A stretch of 63,968 bases of DNA, the filler included, from Octopus bimaculoides (taxonomy: Eukaryota): assembly GCF_001194135.2 (NCBI RefSeq). It is 6 parts of 6 records of this genome, joined end to end, with 100 filler letters (N's around TTAATTAATTAA, not from the genome) between each part and the next. Parts side by side here need not be neighbours in the genome. Positions count along the whole stretch, not along the records: positions 1 to 31,988 come from NC_068987.1; 5 more parts are not named here. One strand, given 5' to 3'. Below the pieces are notes generated by a model. The model was not told where the DNA came from, ran no database searches, and saw nothing but the letters and a program-made list of their open reading frames with translations. Positions 1-12,308 of this stretch are shown here, piece by piece; position 1 is the stretch's first letter, and every line of letters begins with the position of its first letter. The translations under genes and the position numbers were made by a program.

Positions 1-54
<54 letters not shown>

Positions 55-657
55 CGCATGCATGTATGTATGTATATTCGCATGCATGCATGTATGTATG
101 TATGTATGTATTTATGTATGTATGTGAGTATGTATGTATGTGTATATGTATATGATAATTTCAGATGTGTGCATGTGTTGGCTTATGTCTCAAGTATGAG
201 CGCAAAGAATCTCTTTTGCTGAAGGAAGCCGTACTTCCACAGTAATGTGTATTTCAATGGTCGAATAATCTTGTTGTGCCTGTCACATCACCGGATATGT
301 TTGACCGTAATCGTCGTCGTAACTCCACGATTGACCTCCTCTATCATGAGTAAAATCATCGACAAGCAAGAAAGGAAGCCATCATATTTTAGTGTTTCAT
401 CTTATCATTTGTTTTTTTGTTTTTTTATCTTCATGTTCAGCAAATGACATATTAAATGGTTGCTGTTCTCGCACTTATATGAAAATAACTTGATAAAATG
501 CAAAATTTCGTAAAGAAATTCATGTTTAACCATTTTCTTATAAAATGTTTTCCTAAAATTTGAACTTCCCAATTTCATTAGTTTTTAAGATACCATAGCG
601 TACAAGTAATAAAATTGAGAATGCTTGCAAAATTTCTAAACAAAAAATAGAACTCAC

Positions 658-716
658 CACTTTGCTGTAATTGTAACCGTCACTACCAGCGGGCACATTT
701 TTCGCCTTTAGCATTT
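658..716 (-). CDS. Candidate 59-nt coding exon (MLKAKNVPAGSDGYNYSKV, or internal ..EMLKAK..) of an unidentified gene running out of the left edge of the window
   Basis: Minus strand reads tttacccttacag|AAATGCTAAAG...AGCAAAGTG|gtgagt, a near-consensus acceptor and donor. Only one frame is open, and it has an ATG at 714. No protein family recognised. Confidence 0.4.
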
Positions 717-1404
717 CTGTAAGGGTAAACAACATTTTAGCATTTTATTAGATTCTTCAGGCCATCATCAAAAGCATTAACATTATGGAGTGAAAAAATA
801 AGGGGTAGGTTTGAAAATAGATTTCTTTCTGCATATAATTTTGAAATTCTACAATGGTTGAATGTAAATGTAAAAAACATGAAGTATATAACTAATAATG
901 GGGATATAAATAAATGTAGAAATATGGGATATATAATTCATGTTGTATTCTTGCTTCTCCTCTTTGATCAAAAGCATTTCAAACGTAACAAACCCATCAT
1001 TTTAATAAGGACTACATTATATATACATCGGTTTTTAAACTGAAATGTAAAAGAACCAACGAGCAAAAGTTCATTGTGAAAGTTTTAGCTTATCCATGAA
1101 AGGTCAAATTTTATAGATCTTTCTCCACAATAGTTTTGGACAAGGGGTAAAGTCTGAAGACTTTGTTGATTTTATTAAAGAGGGTAATTTGTCAAGTTTC
1201 ATAACCTCATAAAGCCGCCTATCACTCCTGTGAAAAGCACTGGTGTGTTGTGTTTTTTCTTAAAGTCAAGCAATAAAGCCTGATTTGAAATAGAATTGGC
1301 GTCTATTTCTAGTAGGTTATGCGATCAGGTAGAGACCTGCTCGCAATAATTATTGTTTTCCTATTGAACGTCACATATGTATCTATTTGAAAACTGGAAG
1401 TTCT

Positions 1405-1545
1405 GGAGATTGCTAGGCGACCAGTTGATGTGATTCAGGGTTCGATCTCATCCTCACTACGAATAAGCGTCTTCTCCGGTTGACGAACCAATACATTTTG
1501 ATTGAAATTAAATAGATGGAAACTGAGAAACCAATCGCATACCTT
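1405..1545 (+). mobile_element. Highly degenerate SINE-A head fragment
   Basis: gggttcgatc B-box-like motif, aagcgtcttct and gatggaaactgag match the SINE-A copies elsewhere in this window. Confidence 0.45.
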
Positions 1546-1681
1546 ATAAATCATAAGTCATATACACATACAAGTACATATGCGCACACATACGCACATA
1601 CACACACATATGCATACGCACATACGTATACACGCATACGCACATTTATCCCGTGTATTTGTTCCTAATAAGAATACTTAC

Positions 1682-1840
1682 AGATACAGACTGAAGAACT
1701 GACTACTTTTAAAAGCAGATTGTTAAATTCTTTATTCAGGTTGTAGTCATTACATGAAAACAGGATTAAATCTGTGAACTATAGAGACTTAGATAAATTC
1801 CAGAGCGTGTGTTTTTAGTAAACACGCATTTAGCATTCCT
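1682..1840 (-). other. Candidate non-coding (5'UTR) exon
   Basis: Acceptor tcactctctctacttcccag at 1841-1860 and donor gtaagt at 1676-1681. All three frames contain stops. Confidence 0.2.
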
Positions 1841-2884
1841 CTGGGAAGTAGAGAGAGTGATGAATTTATAGATTTTTTTTTATCTGTGCAATCACAAAAG
1901 AAGATTGGATTTACTAACGTCTCATCAAAATTTGGTTACTTATTCCTGTCCACAGAGATACTAGTCGCTTATAACTATGTACGTAACATACAAACTCGAA
2001 GAAAATTAAATCGTGCTGCCTATTTGTTAACAATATTTGTGGTTGGCAACATGTAGTCTATTGTCTTTTCCCTGAACAGTTTAACTTATCGTTAACTGAT
2101 GTTGAAGTAGATTTCTTATTATATTCCTCACGACAGACATTTTGGAATATGCTTCAATGAAGACATAAGTGATAAAATTCCCATATTTGAATGTTGTTTC
2201 GGTATTATTTAATAAATTTGTATTTTCTCCAGGTCCAAGACATTCCACACTAGCTTCTCGTAATTCAATTGACTATACAGATCAGCTGTTGAGACTATTG
2301 AACGGCCACGTTGTACTTGCTTGGTGAGAGAATGTCTCACATAGACATAAATATTTTACTTAACAGATTTCCATCCATCAGCTGTCGACTGGATATCACA
2401 GTGATTTCGACACCTTCCGACACTATTGGGATTGTCTAGAAATATCGAGATTTCTTTGGTCTACATTTTAGATTGCAGATTATCATACCCTTGCGATCAG
2501 CCTGAACAGCTGTAAACATTGCATGCTTGCAGCCCTTCTCTGACTCCGTTAACACTTCCTGAAATATGTCTCAAAAAGTTGCTTTTCCTTTCTAGATATC
2601 GATTTTTAAAAGCCCTTCCCTAGCTAAGCAGATTGATTCATATCTAGAGATATACAGTCCAAGGTATTGTTGGCTCTGAGACCATCTACTCTTTTAAAGC
2701 TAAAATGGTGCAACTGAAGGTGTAGAAAGACAACATGTTTCTGATTGCTGTGTTATTCTTCTTGAAACTCTGTCAATCACCTTCGTAAATGTTTAGCACC
2801 CTATGGCCATTTTTTGTGTGATAGGTCTTCGTTATGCGTATGTGTGTATGTGAACGTACGTGTGCGTGCGTGTGTATATGCATG

Positions 2885-2939
<55 letters not shown>

Positions 2940-2943
<4 letters not shown>

Positions 2944-3730
2944 CAGAGGCGACGCCAGGTCATCAGCGTCACTCGGTCTTATCACAGATTTCGCGTAAGA
3001 CATGCCTGCTCGAAGAATTTCACGTTTTCCCGCAATATTTCTAGCCCCAAATGGTTTATTTTTTGACATCTAGCTCTACGTCTTTCTCCATTTCTAACCC
3101 AAGGGTAAAAATAAAGCAACCCTGCAAGGCACAACGGATCTTTTCACAGAGACGCACAGAATAACAGCAACAACGAAACAACAACAGCGGAGTGCACAAT
3201 AAACAGCAGCGATCTGACTGTCGCCAGTTCTCTTGTTAAGAGAGGCCAGTCTTTTACACCGATCAGGCTCATTTGTATCAGCCCGAGTTGCTGGATAAAT
3301 TTTTTGTTCCTTTAAGAATATTGTAGAACGGAAACTTTTCGTAGATTGGGATTTAAATCCGAATCTCTATATAGAAATTTATTGTTTCAAGAAAACAGAA
3401 TTTGAATTACTTTTAATCTTTATGTTTATATATAGCAACTCGATTTGTAACTTCTGAGGCCGAGTCAGGTGCGTGTGAACGCTGTCGAGAGAACATCTGC
3501 TACGAAAGATATTTTTTGACACACGGCACTTCTAAGACGACCTCCAGACGCTGAACGAAAATAAATGAACTGCGACTCTGCTCAATAAAAGCAGCCCGAG
3601 TTATTGGCTGAAATTACGTACTTGAAGTCAGTGTCAGCAGAAATTAAATCAGCCTGCAAATAAATGCACGTTCACTTACTAAATTTATACTCGTGCCAAG
3701 CCCGAACGGCCCGGGTGCCGGAGTTACCAC
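2940..3730. promoter_or_regulatory. CpG-enriched unique block, promoter or first-exon-like
   Basis: Many CpGs against an AT-rich background and no repeat match within the window. Candidate donors on both strands: + CAG|gtgcgt near 3468 and - TTTA|gtaagt near 3682. Confidence 0.3.
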
Positions 3731-4356
3731 TAATATGTATATTTATACGTATTTATGTATCTGAGTATGTATGTGTGTTTGTATGTATATATAATCACAC
3801 ACTTACACATGGACATTATACTTCTATCCGTGTGAGTATGGGGGGTAGGTGTCTATGCGTGTGTGCATCTGAAATATATACGTAATGCATTAAAATGAAG
3901 ACAACTTGTAAAGACAAATTTAGTACAGAATTTTATATCTAATGTTACAAAGTTAGATATATCTATAGAATTCATTACACAGCAATATTCTTCGACGTAT
4001 CGGACCAATTGAGTTTTCTGTTGCAAGAGAATCGTCTGCAGGCAAGAGATGCGTAAGCATGCATTGAAATAGCTTAGTAAATATAATACATATTTAGCGA
4101 TTATGTAGTTTCATACGGTCGGACTCAAAATATTGTTGCTCTTATATCTCCTAAGGAAATATAAGGGCAACAAACTGTTATTAATCGATAACAGCGGTTA
4201 TGATATACCATAATAGAAACTCTAAACAAATTATTATCTTTACAAGCCTTTACAAATCTTTTCTGTCCAATGTAATATCCTAGTTTGACACAAATCTTTG
4301 TTTCTAAGTACTTTACCTGACCTCGTGCCAATAATTTTTTTAAAACAGTCTTCGTA

Positions 4357-4364
4357 TGACGTCA
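4357..4364. promoter_or_regulatory. Perfect CRE palindrome TGACGTCA with nearby forkhead-like GTAAACA sites
   Basis: Exact 8-bp match, with tgtaaacaaa and gtaaaca within 60 bp. Motif only; no functional evidence. Confidence 0.25.
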
Positions 4365-4660
4365 CCTTCAAAGAAACCGATGTGGTAATGTAAACAAAGC
4401 TAGGCGTTCGTAATAAGTAAACATTTTCGGCCAAAAATATTTACTCACTTCCAATCTGGCAATGTCAGTTGAATTACGTATCTGACACAAGGCAGAGAAA
4501 CTAGCTTGTCTAGTCAAACACAGCAAACACAGCCAACCAGTAAGTTAGATAATCACACCGTCAGCAAAATATTATGTCAGTTGAATTATAATACAACCTG
4601 ACTTAAGAATTATGAGCTTCCATAATTGAGAGCTTCATATATATTTTACATACATACATT

Positions 4661-4698
<38 letters not shown>

Positions 4699-4841
4699 TA
4701 TGCATGTATTTGTAAATTGTAAGGGTTTACTCCAAGCGTTTACCTTATTATCATATGTATATTTATAATATACACATATATATGTATATCATATATATTA
4801 TATATATATATATGTATATATACGTTTTCTGTAAATTTGAA

Positions 4842-4872
<31 letters not shown>

Positions 4873-4873
4873 G

Positions 4874-4907
<34 letters not shown>

Positions 4908-5019
4908 ATATCTATATATATTTATATAAACAAGGATAAGATCGTAATTTAAAATACCGATCATATCAAGTGACCAGCATGGGAATAAAAACCTCATAGG
5001 TAATTATTATTAATAATAG

Positions 5020-5057
<38 letters not shown>

Positions 5058-5384
5058 NNNNNNNNNNNNNNNNNNNNNNNNNNNNNNNNNNNNNNNNNNN
5101 NNNNNNNNNNNNNNNNNNNNNNNNNNNNNNNNNNNNNNNNNNNNNNNNNNNNNNNNNNNNNNNNNNNNNNNNNNNNNNNNNNNNNNNNNGAGAGAGAGAG
5201 GGGGGGTGGAGATAGATAGATAGATACATACATACATACATACATACATACATAGAAAGATAGATAAAGATAGACATATACATATATAAACTATATGATA
5301 TACCTAAAGTATATTACATGGTGGTGGTGGTGTCATTGATGGTCGTAATGTTTAGAGGTGATGGTGGTTCCATTTAGAGGTGAC

Positions 5385-5505
5385 CTGCAAAAATCCCATA
5401 GGATTTATCATTCCAAGCACACCAGATGCTAAAACACAAGCCGGACCTAGTGGTGGTAGTCAAGACGCATGCATGACTCCAGGAGTTCTAACAAAACCTG
5501 AGTAA
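5385..5505 (+). mobile_element. RLE-type (R4/Dong-like) non-LTR retrotransposon 3' fragment 1
   Basis: Translates, with disablements, as CKIP*DLSFQAHQMLKHKPDLVVVVK, resembling the KILWD...RPDIVV start of the restriction-like endonuclease. Followed by an (AAC/AAT)n tail. Confidence 0.55.
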
Positions 5506-5603
5506 AAATGATAACAATAATAACAACAACAACAATAACAATAACAATAATAACAACAACAACAACGCCAAGAAGAAGAAGAAGAAGAAGAAGAAGAAGA
5601 AGA

Positions 5604-5957
5604 ATAGTTGTCAGAGAACATGAAGAAAAAAATGCTTTGTAATTGATGTATCAATACCAGCATAAGACAACGTTTCCCTAAAAGAAATGGAGAAACTTTC
5701 AAAATACAAATCCTGGAAATAGAGGTAAATCGAATGATAAAAAAATATTCAGACAAATACATAACAAAAACACCAGGACTTACAAATATATATAACATAC
5801 AGAAAATTGCACTACTGGGCACTGCACACATCCTACGCAAAACACTTTCAATGCAGTAACCATAAGAGCATCACAGCAAACCACAGCACGTACCCAAGGC
5901 ACACAGAGCTGCGCTCGGTAGTGAAGTGAAAACACGCTATAAAAATAAAACTACTGA
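5604..5957 (+). mobile_element. RLE-type (R4/Dong-like) 3' fragment 2
   Basis: VVREHEEK/CFVIDVSIPA*DNVSLKEMEKLSKYK/LEIEVNRM...IQKIALLGTAHILRKTLSMQ*, then a 3'UTR ending in (TAA)n at 5958-6016. Confidence 0.85.
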
Positions 5958-5966
5958 ATAATGATA

Positions 5967-6016
<50 letters not shown>

Positions 6017-6213
6017 TGTGGTCGGTGAAAAAGTAGCAGTATTACCAATAATTGCCAGAGCCCAGGGAACAGTGGGCAAGAATCTCAGCATTGCTTGGAA
6101 CCGCTCGCAAACTCCGGAAGGTGCTCGAAATATAACAGCTGTTACCTTAGTTCACTGGTAGTGAACAACTGACACTGTTATACATCTCCAGCGTTAGAAG
6201 CTGTGCAAAGACA
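6017..6213 (+). mobile_element. RLE-type (R4/Dong-like) 3' fragment 3
   Basis: VLPIIARAQGTVGKNL, then after a frameshift ALLGTARKLRKVLEI*. Followed by (AAC/AAT)n. Confidence 0.7.
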
Positions 6214-6258
6214 ATAATAATAACAACAACAACAATAACAATAACAATAACAATAATA

Positions 6259-6315
<57 letters not shown>

Positions 6316-6318
<3 letters not shown>

Positions 6319-6485
6319 CCTTTCTACTATAGGTGCAAATTCTGAAATTTCGTAGGAAGGAGTTTCGCCGATTACCAGTGCTCAGGAAGCTCTTAAAGGA
6401 TGAAAGTTAAAGACAGCCTCAACAGGATTTGAACTCGGAACGTAAAGAACCGTAAGATTTGCTGCAAATCATTCTGCCAGCTCGC
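6316..6485 (-). mobile_element. SINE-B copy (degenerate) with (TAA)n tail
   Basis: Matches the SINE-B head (ttctgccagctcgc, ggatttgaactc) and 3' end (aatcctttctactatagg). Confidence 0.75.
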
Positions 6486-6688
6486 AGGAGGAGACCCCGA
6501 AACCTCGACATTGTCGTAGAAAATGTCGTTTGTACTGTGTCAGTATGGAAGAATGCCAACTAGTCAGAAACAGCTGACCGAAAGATGACTGCAGCATGTA
6601 AATGATGGGATTTTCCCAGAAGGAACAACGCAAACTGACATGCCTTCTTCAAATCCAATTGATTACTTCTTTATTGGACATTTACTCT

Positions 6689-7086
6689 ATACTCTTTTAC
6701 TTGTTTCAGTCATTTGACTGCGGCCATGCTGGAGCACCGCCTTTTTTAGTCGAGCAAATCGACCCCAGGACTTATTCTTTGTAAGCCTAGTACTTATTAT
6801 ATCGGTCACTTTTTGCCGAACCGCTAGATTACAGGGACGTAAACAGACCAGCACCGGTTGTCAAGGGATGTTGGGGGGACAAACACAGACACACAAACAT
6901 ACATATATATATACATATACACGACGGGCTTCTTTCAGTTTCCATCTACCAAATCCACTTACAAGGCTTTGGAGGGCCCGAGGCTATAGTAGAAGACACT
7001 TGCTCATGGTGCTACGCACTGGGACTGAACCCGGAACCATGTGATTGTTAAGCAAGCTACTTACTACACAGCCACTCCTGCGCCTA
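6689..7086 (-). mobile_element. SINE-A, full-length tRNA-derived SINE with internal (TA/CA)n
   Basis: Minus strand begins taggcgcaggagtggctgtgtagt (A box) ... gggttcagtccc (B box) ... catgagcaagtgtcttct; other copies read accttgggcaagtg here, resembling the MIR/CORE domain. Repeated many times in the window. Confidence 0.9.
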
Positions 7087-7656
7087 TTTGTAAAATATTC
7101 CAAAGATTCGCCATTCAAATTTGCTGTAATGATGGTCATACACAGCGAAGCGCACGTGTGTCATGTAACACACACGCGCACACACATATACACACGCATA
7201 CATCCACGAAAATACACACACATACACAAACACGCACGCATATTAACAAACAGTAGCTACACACATTCGTGTACTAAAGAGATACGTGCGCCTAGTATAA
7301 GAGAGCAAGCACATCCACACACATCACTGTGTATCCGCAGACATTAACTCAGGCACATACCCAGAAATCGCTGGAAATGTCTTGACGTACAGAAAATTTT
7401 GTTAGTTTGCTAGAGATCGGTTTGAATTCTTGCGAAATTAAATCTCACAGAAAAGCATAAGTTTACACAAATTTTCTCTCACAGCAAACTCACATACATA
7501 AACTAATACGAGTGCACATACAGCTTACATTCACAGACAAATATACGCGAATTCTTTCTCAGAATACATAGGGAAAGTCACAGTTTTTGACATATACAAA
7601 CTTTTACACACAAACACACATTAGCAGATATATACCGACACACATATACCTATGGC

Positions 7657-8056
7657 AGGCTGGCAGAAACGTTAGCACGCCGGGCGAAATGCTTAGCGGC
7701 AAATTCCGCTGAGGTCGACTTCGCCATTCATCCTTTCGGGGACGAAAAATTAAGTACCAGTTACGCACTGGGGTCGATATAATCGACTTAATCCCTTTGT
7801 CTGTCCTTGTTTGTCCCCTCTATGTTTAGCCCCTTGCGGGAAATAAAGAAATAAGAAACGTTAGCACGCCGGGCGAAATGCTTTGCGGTATTTCGTCAGT
7901 CTTTACGTTCTGAGTTCAAATTCTGCCGAGGTCAACTTTGCCTTTCATCCTTTCGGGGTCGATAAATTAAGTACCAGCTGCGTACATTGTTCGATCTAAT
8001 CGACTGGCCCCTTCCCCCAAAACTTTCGGGCCTTGTGCTTACAGTAGAAAATAATT
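7657..8056 (+). mobile_element. SINE-B dimer
   Basis: Two gaaacgttagcacgccgggcg units joined through a gtctgtccttgtttgtcccctc...aataaagaaataa linker. Pol III B box gagttcaaatt in the second unit. Confidence 0.9.
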
Positions 8057-8172
8057 TCTTTCACACACTCATAAATAGTTGCTCTTTCTCCCTCCCTCAC
8101 TCTTTCTCTCTCTCTCTCTTTCATGCATATCACAAACAAACACACAGATATACGTACACACACTCTCTGTCT

Positions 8173-8203
<31 letters not shown>

Positions 8204-8624
8204 GCTTACATGAACTTTCAGTTGATAAAAGACGCACTGAAATATTGCGCAAATAGAGAAACGTGCACACACATGCGCACACATATACTTTCAGGTGCAC
8301 ACAATCTCTCACGTTCACGCATGAAACACGTAAGTCGACATACGCATACACACATACACACAAACAGATACACATATGCACACGTAAACACGCTCCCGCT
8401 TGCACCCGCATGCACCCCCAGCCCCCATACAAACAGATACACACACACACACACATACTCTCACACACACTGACGCTGTATAAACTGCCCCCTTCAAAAT
8501 ATGTCGACTTTAATTTTAGCTTTTCAAACACCTCGTTAACACATTTTGACATACATTGTGTTTATGTCTACAACAACTGAATATAATTAACACTGCATGT
8601 GGTGGCAAAATGCTGCAATATATA

Positions 8625-9425
8625 CAGTGGTGGTGGCGGCGGCGGCGGTGGTCATGTGTCTGTGTGNNNNNNNNNNNNNNNNNNNNNNNNNNNNNNNNNN
8701 NNNNNNNNNNNNNNNNNNNNNNNNNNNNNNNNNNNNNNNNNNNNNNNNNNNNNNNNNNNNNNNNNNNNNNNNNNNNNNNNNNNNNNNNNNNNNNNNNNNN
8801 NNNNNNNNNNNNNNNNNNNNNNNNNNNNNNNNNNNNNNNNNNNNNNNNNNNNNNNNNNNNNNNNNNNNNNNNNNNNNNNNNNNNNNNNNNNNNNNNNNNN
8901 NNNCGGTGGTGGTGGTGGTGATGGAGGTTGTGTGTGATGCTGGGTGTGGTGGTGGTGGTGGTAGTGGTAGTGGTGGTGGTGGTCGAAATGATGACGGTGG
9001 CGGTGGATGAGGTGGTGCTGATGGTGGTTGAGTGGTGGTGGAGGTACTAGAGTTGGTGATGGTGGCGGTGTGGTTGTTGTGGTGGCAGCAGCGGTGGTGG
9101 CGATGTAGTTGTAAGAAATAGCGGTTGTAGTAGTAGTAGTCGTATTAGAGGTGGTGGTAGTGGTGGTGGATGTGGTGGCGACGATGGTGATGGTGGGGAT
9201 AGAGTAGTAAGAAGTGGAAATGGTGTTGGTGGCAGTGGCGGTGGTGGTCGTGGTGGTGGTGGTGGTGGCGGCGGTGCTGGTGCTGGCGGTGTTGATGGTG
9301 ATGGTGACGGTGGTGGTGTTAGTCGGGGACAGTAATGGCGTTGATAGTGGTGTTGGTAGTTGGGATGATGCTGATGCTGATGATGATGTTGTCGGGAGTG
9401 ACAGTGTCAATGATCGTAGTGGTGC
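8625..9425. repeat. Degenerate (GGT/GAT/GGC)n trinucleotide low-complexity tract with internal gap
   Basis: Directly visible in the sequence. Confidence 0.9.
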
Positions 9426-10281
9426 TGACGGTTCTGCGAAGTGACCATCACTTCTGACAAAGATTGTTTCCAAAAGCCGGTGGAAAATGTCCTTATATGA
9501 TGATCATAAAATTAAAATAAACAGAATGTGGACATGAAATTACTAATGATAACTGGTGCACTAGTTATGCTGATGTGTCGCAATCGTTAGCACGTTCCCT
9601 CCCCTCAAAATTGCTGTCCTCGGACCATGCAACGGACAGGCATCCCATTCAGAGGAAACGTCATTGTTTCGCTCACTTATACGCCATTAAAACTGATTAA
9701 CGGGTCTTGAGAGTCCTAGGGCTCAAGAAAGATGATTTAAAAAAAGGTAAGTCAAAAAATATGAACAGAAACCTCTGAACTCGATCGGAGCTCAAAACTT
9801 TCCACAGTTCAACAATCATTTCAAAGATACAACTCAAATATTACTTTTTCTATACATAACGCAAACCTTATGCAACGAACACCTATTAAAATATTACAGC
9901 CTATGTGACATACGCTACAATATGAACATCACATAAAATAATAGAAAACATAGCTGATACACCAGAATATGCTACCAATATCAAAGAGAAAGAACATTCT
10001 GCAGAGCTGAATTCTATTCACGTTAACGAAACCATACACTCTACAACATACATCGTCCGACATTAAAACACATTTTGCGCGGCACAAAAGTCACATTGAA
10101 ATAACATCAGCAACAAGCCAAGCCACATTACGAATCAATACTGATGTAGTTTGCAAACACATCGCTGTATTCATGGAAGGTAATGCCGTTCATACTCCAG
10201 CACAGAGGTGCAACTGCTGATGCAAGGAGCAATTTCGTATAAACTGTTCAAACCATACTGATCATAACAATATTAATAATG

Positions 10282-10840
10282 GCTAAGTGGACCTCGGCTT
10301 TATTTGAACACAAACGTGAAAACGAACGAAATAACGGTAAGCATTTTGCTCGGGGTGCTAACGGTTCAGCCAGCTCGTAACCTTCATAACAATACTAATA
10401 ATACCACAATGCTATTAATAATAATAATAATCCTTTCTGCTATAGGCACAAAGCCTGAAATTTCATGGGACGGGGCTAGCTGATTACATCGACCCCAGTG
10501 CGTAACTGGTACTTATTTCATCAACCCCAGAAGGATGAAAGGTAAGTCGACCTCGACGGAATTTGAACTCAGAACATAGCGACGGGTGAAATACCGTTAA
10601 TCATTTCGTCCAGCATGCGAACGATTCCGCAAACACGCCGCCTGAATGCTAATAATAATATTATCAAGAAATGGTTTCTAATTTTCGAACAAGGCCAGCA
10701 AATATTTAGGAGAAGGAAGCAAGTGGATTACATTGACAACTCTGCTTAACTGGTAGTTATTTTATCAACTGCGAAAAAAAAAAAAAGAAGAACGAAGGCA
10801 AAGCCGACACCGCAGAAATTAGAACGCGGAGAGTAACTAG
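10282..10840 (-). mobile_element. Three co-oriented SINE-B copies (10282-10385, 10428-10643, 10675-10840)
   Basis: Each matches the gtcgacctcggcggaatttgaactcag and/or catcgaccccagtgcgtaactggtac segments. Separated by short AAT-rich spacers. Confidence 0.8.
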
Positions 10841-12170
10841 TCAGAAGGTTTTTTTCTTATTCCGACACGATAATAATGCTCCCAGCACCACGTCAGCTTA
10901 AAGCAGTTTCGCTTATTGCCACATGGGCGAAAAAATGGGCTATTAGAAGGGCAAATTTCATACCACTGAGGAATATTATATAGAATAAAGTGAAAGAGAT
11001 ACAAAAAGGAACATAAGAACATTACGAAAATAAACAAGCAAATAAATAGGAGAAAAAATACCAATAAATAATAATACAGGAAATCAGACAAAATAGGAGA
11101 ACAAAAGCAGTGCTGATTCTCATTAGAAAACAACATTTCGAGTGATATCCTTGATATTGAAATGTAGAAAATCTAATTTCATTAAAATATAATTAATTCC
11201 TAACAACCGTAAATAAAATCATATGTAATAGACATCGGAAAAGAACTTCAACAAATTATAATTTGATTTTTAGAACAATAAATAAAACGTGAAGAAAATT
11301 CTCTGCAATATTTTCAATTCTCGCTATTCTTCTCCAATGTTTGTTGTAAACCAATTCACTGGGAAGGTAATACTACCATTGTATTTATTTGCTTATATGT
11401 TCGTCTATTTTTGGTGTGTATTCACACAATGATAGACTGCTTAACGCACGCATTGATCGTGATATACATACATATATACATATATNNNNNNNNNNNNNNN
11501 NNNNNNNNNNNNNNNNNNNNNNNNNNNNNNNNNNNNNNNNNNNNNNNNNNNNNNNNNNNNNNNNNNNNNNNNNNNNNNNNNNNNNNNNNNNNNNNNNNNN
11601 NNNNNNNNNNNNNNNNNNNNNNNNNNNNNNNNNNNNNNNNNNNNNNNNNNNNNNNNNNNNNNNNNNNNNNNNNNNNNNNNNNNNNNNNNNNNNNNNNNNN
11701 NNNNNNNNNNNNNNNNNNNNNNNNNNNNNNNNNNNNNNNNNNNNNNNNNNNNNNNNNNNNNNNNNNNNNNNNNNNNNNNNNNNNNNNNNNNNNNNNNNNN
11801 NNNNNNNNNNNNNNNNNNNNNNNNNNNNNNNNNNNNNNNNNNNNNNNNNNNNNNNNNNNNNNNNNNNNNNNNNNNNNNNNNNNNNNNNNNNNNNNNNNNN
11901 NNNNNNNNNNNNNNNNNNNNNNNNNNNNNNNNNNNACATGCATGTATATATGTATATATGTATACATGTATATATATGTATATGTGTATATATAGGGAGA
12001 GTTTACAAAGAAAAACAACAGAAGACAGACAGGTGGTGTAGAAAACAAACATATGTATTAGTATAACGCTCGGGAATTGAAAAAGTCTTTAACGTTTCGA
12101 GCCTACGCTCTTCCACAGAAAGAAACATAGAAAGAAACAATACGAACAACACATAAAATAACAGAGAACA

Positions 12171-12227
<57 letters not shown>

Positions 12228-12265
12228 NNNNNNNNNNGTGTGTGTGTGTGAGTGTGTGTGTGTGT

Positions 12266-12308
<43 letters not shown>

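Noticed and set aside
2233-2323. Plus-strand exon-like segment (PRHSTLASRNSIDYTDQLLRLLNGHVVLA)
   Set aside because: The next acceptor is only ~43 nt away and splicing to it creates TGA; no recognisable protein; it conflicts with the better minus-strand model.
8652-9473. 273-aa Thr/Pro/His-rich mucin-like ORF
   Set aside because: It is the reverse translation of a degenerate (GGT)n tract, runs into Ns, and has no signal peptide or splice support.
10883-10897. RE1/NRSE-like CAGCACCACG
   Set aside because: The right half-site GGACAG is absent.
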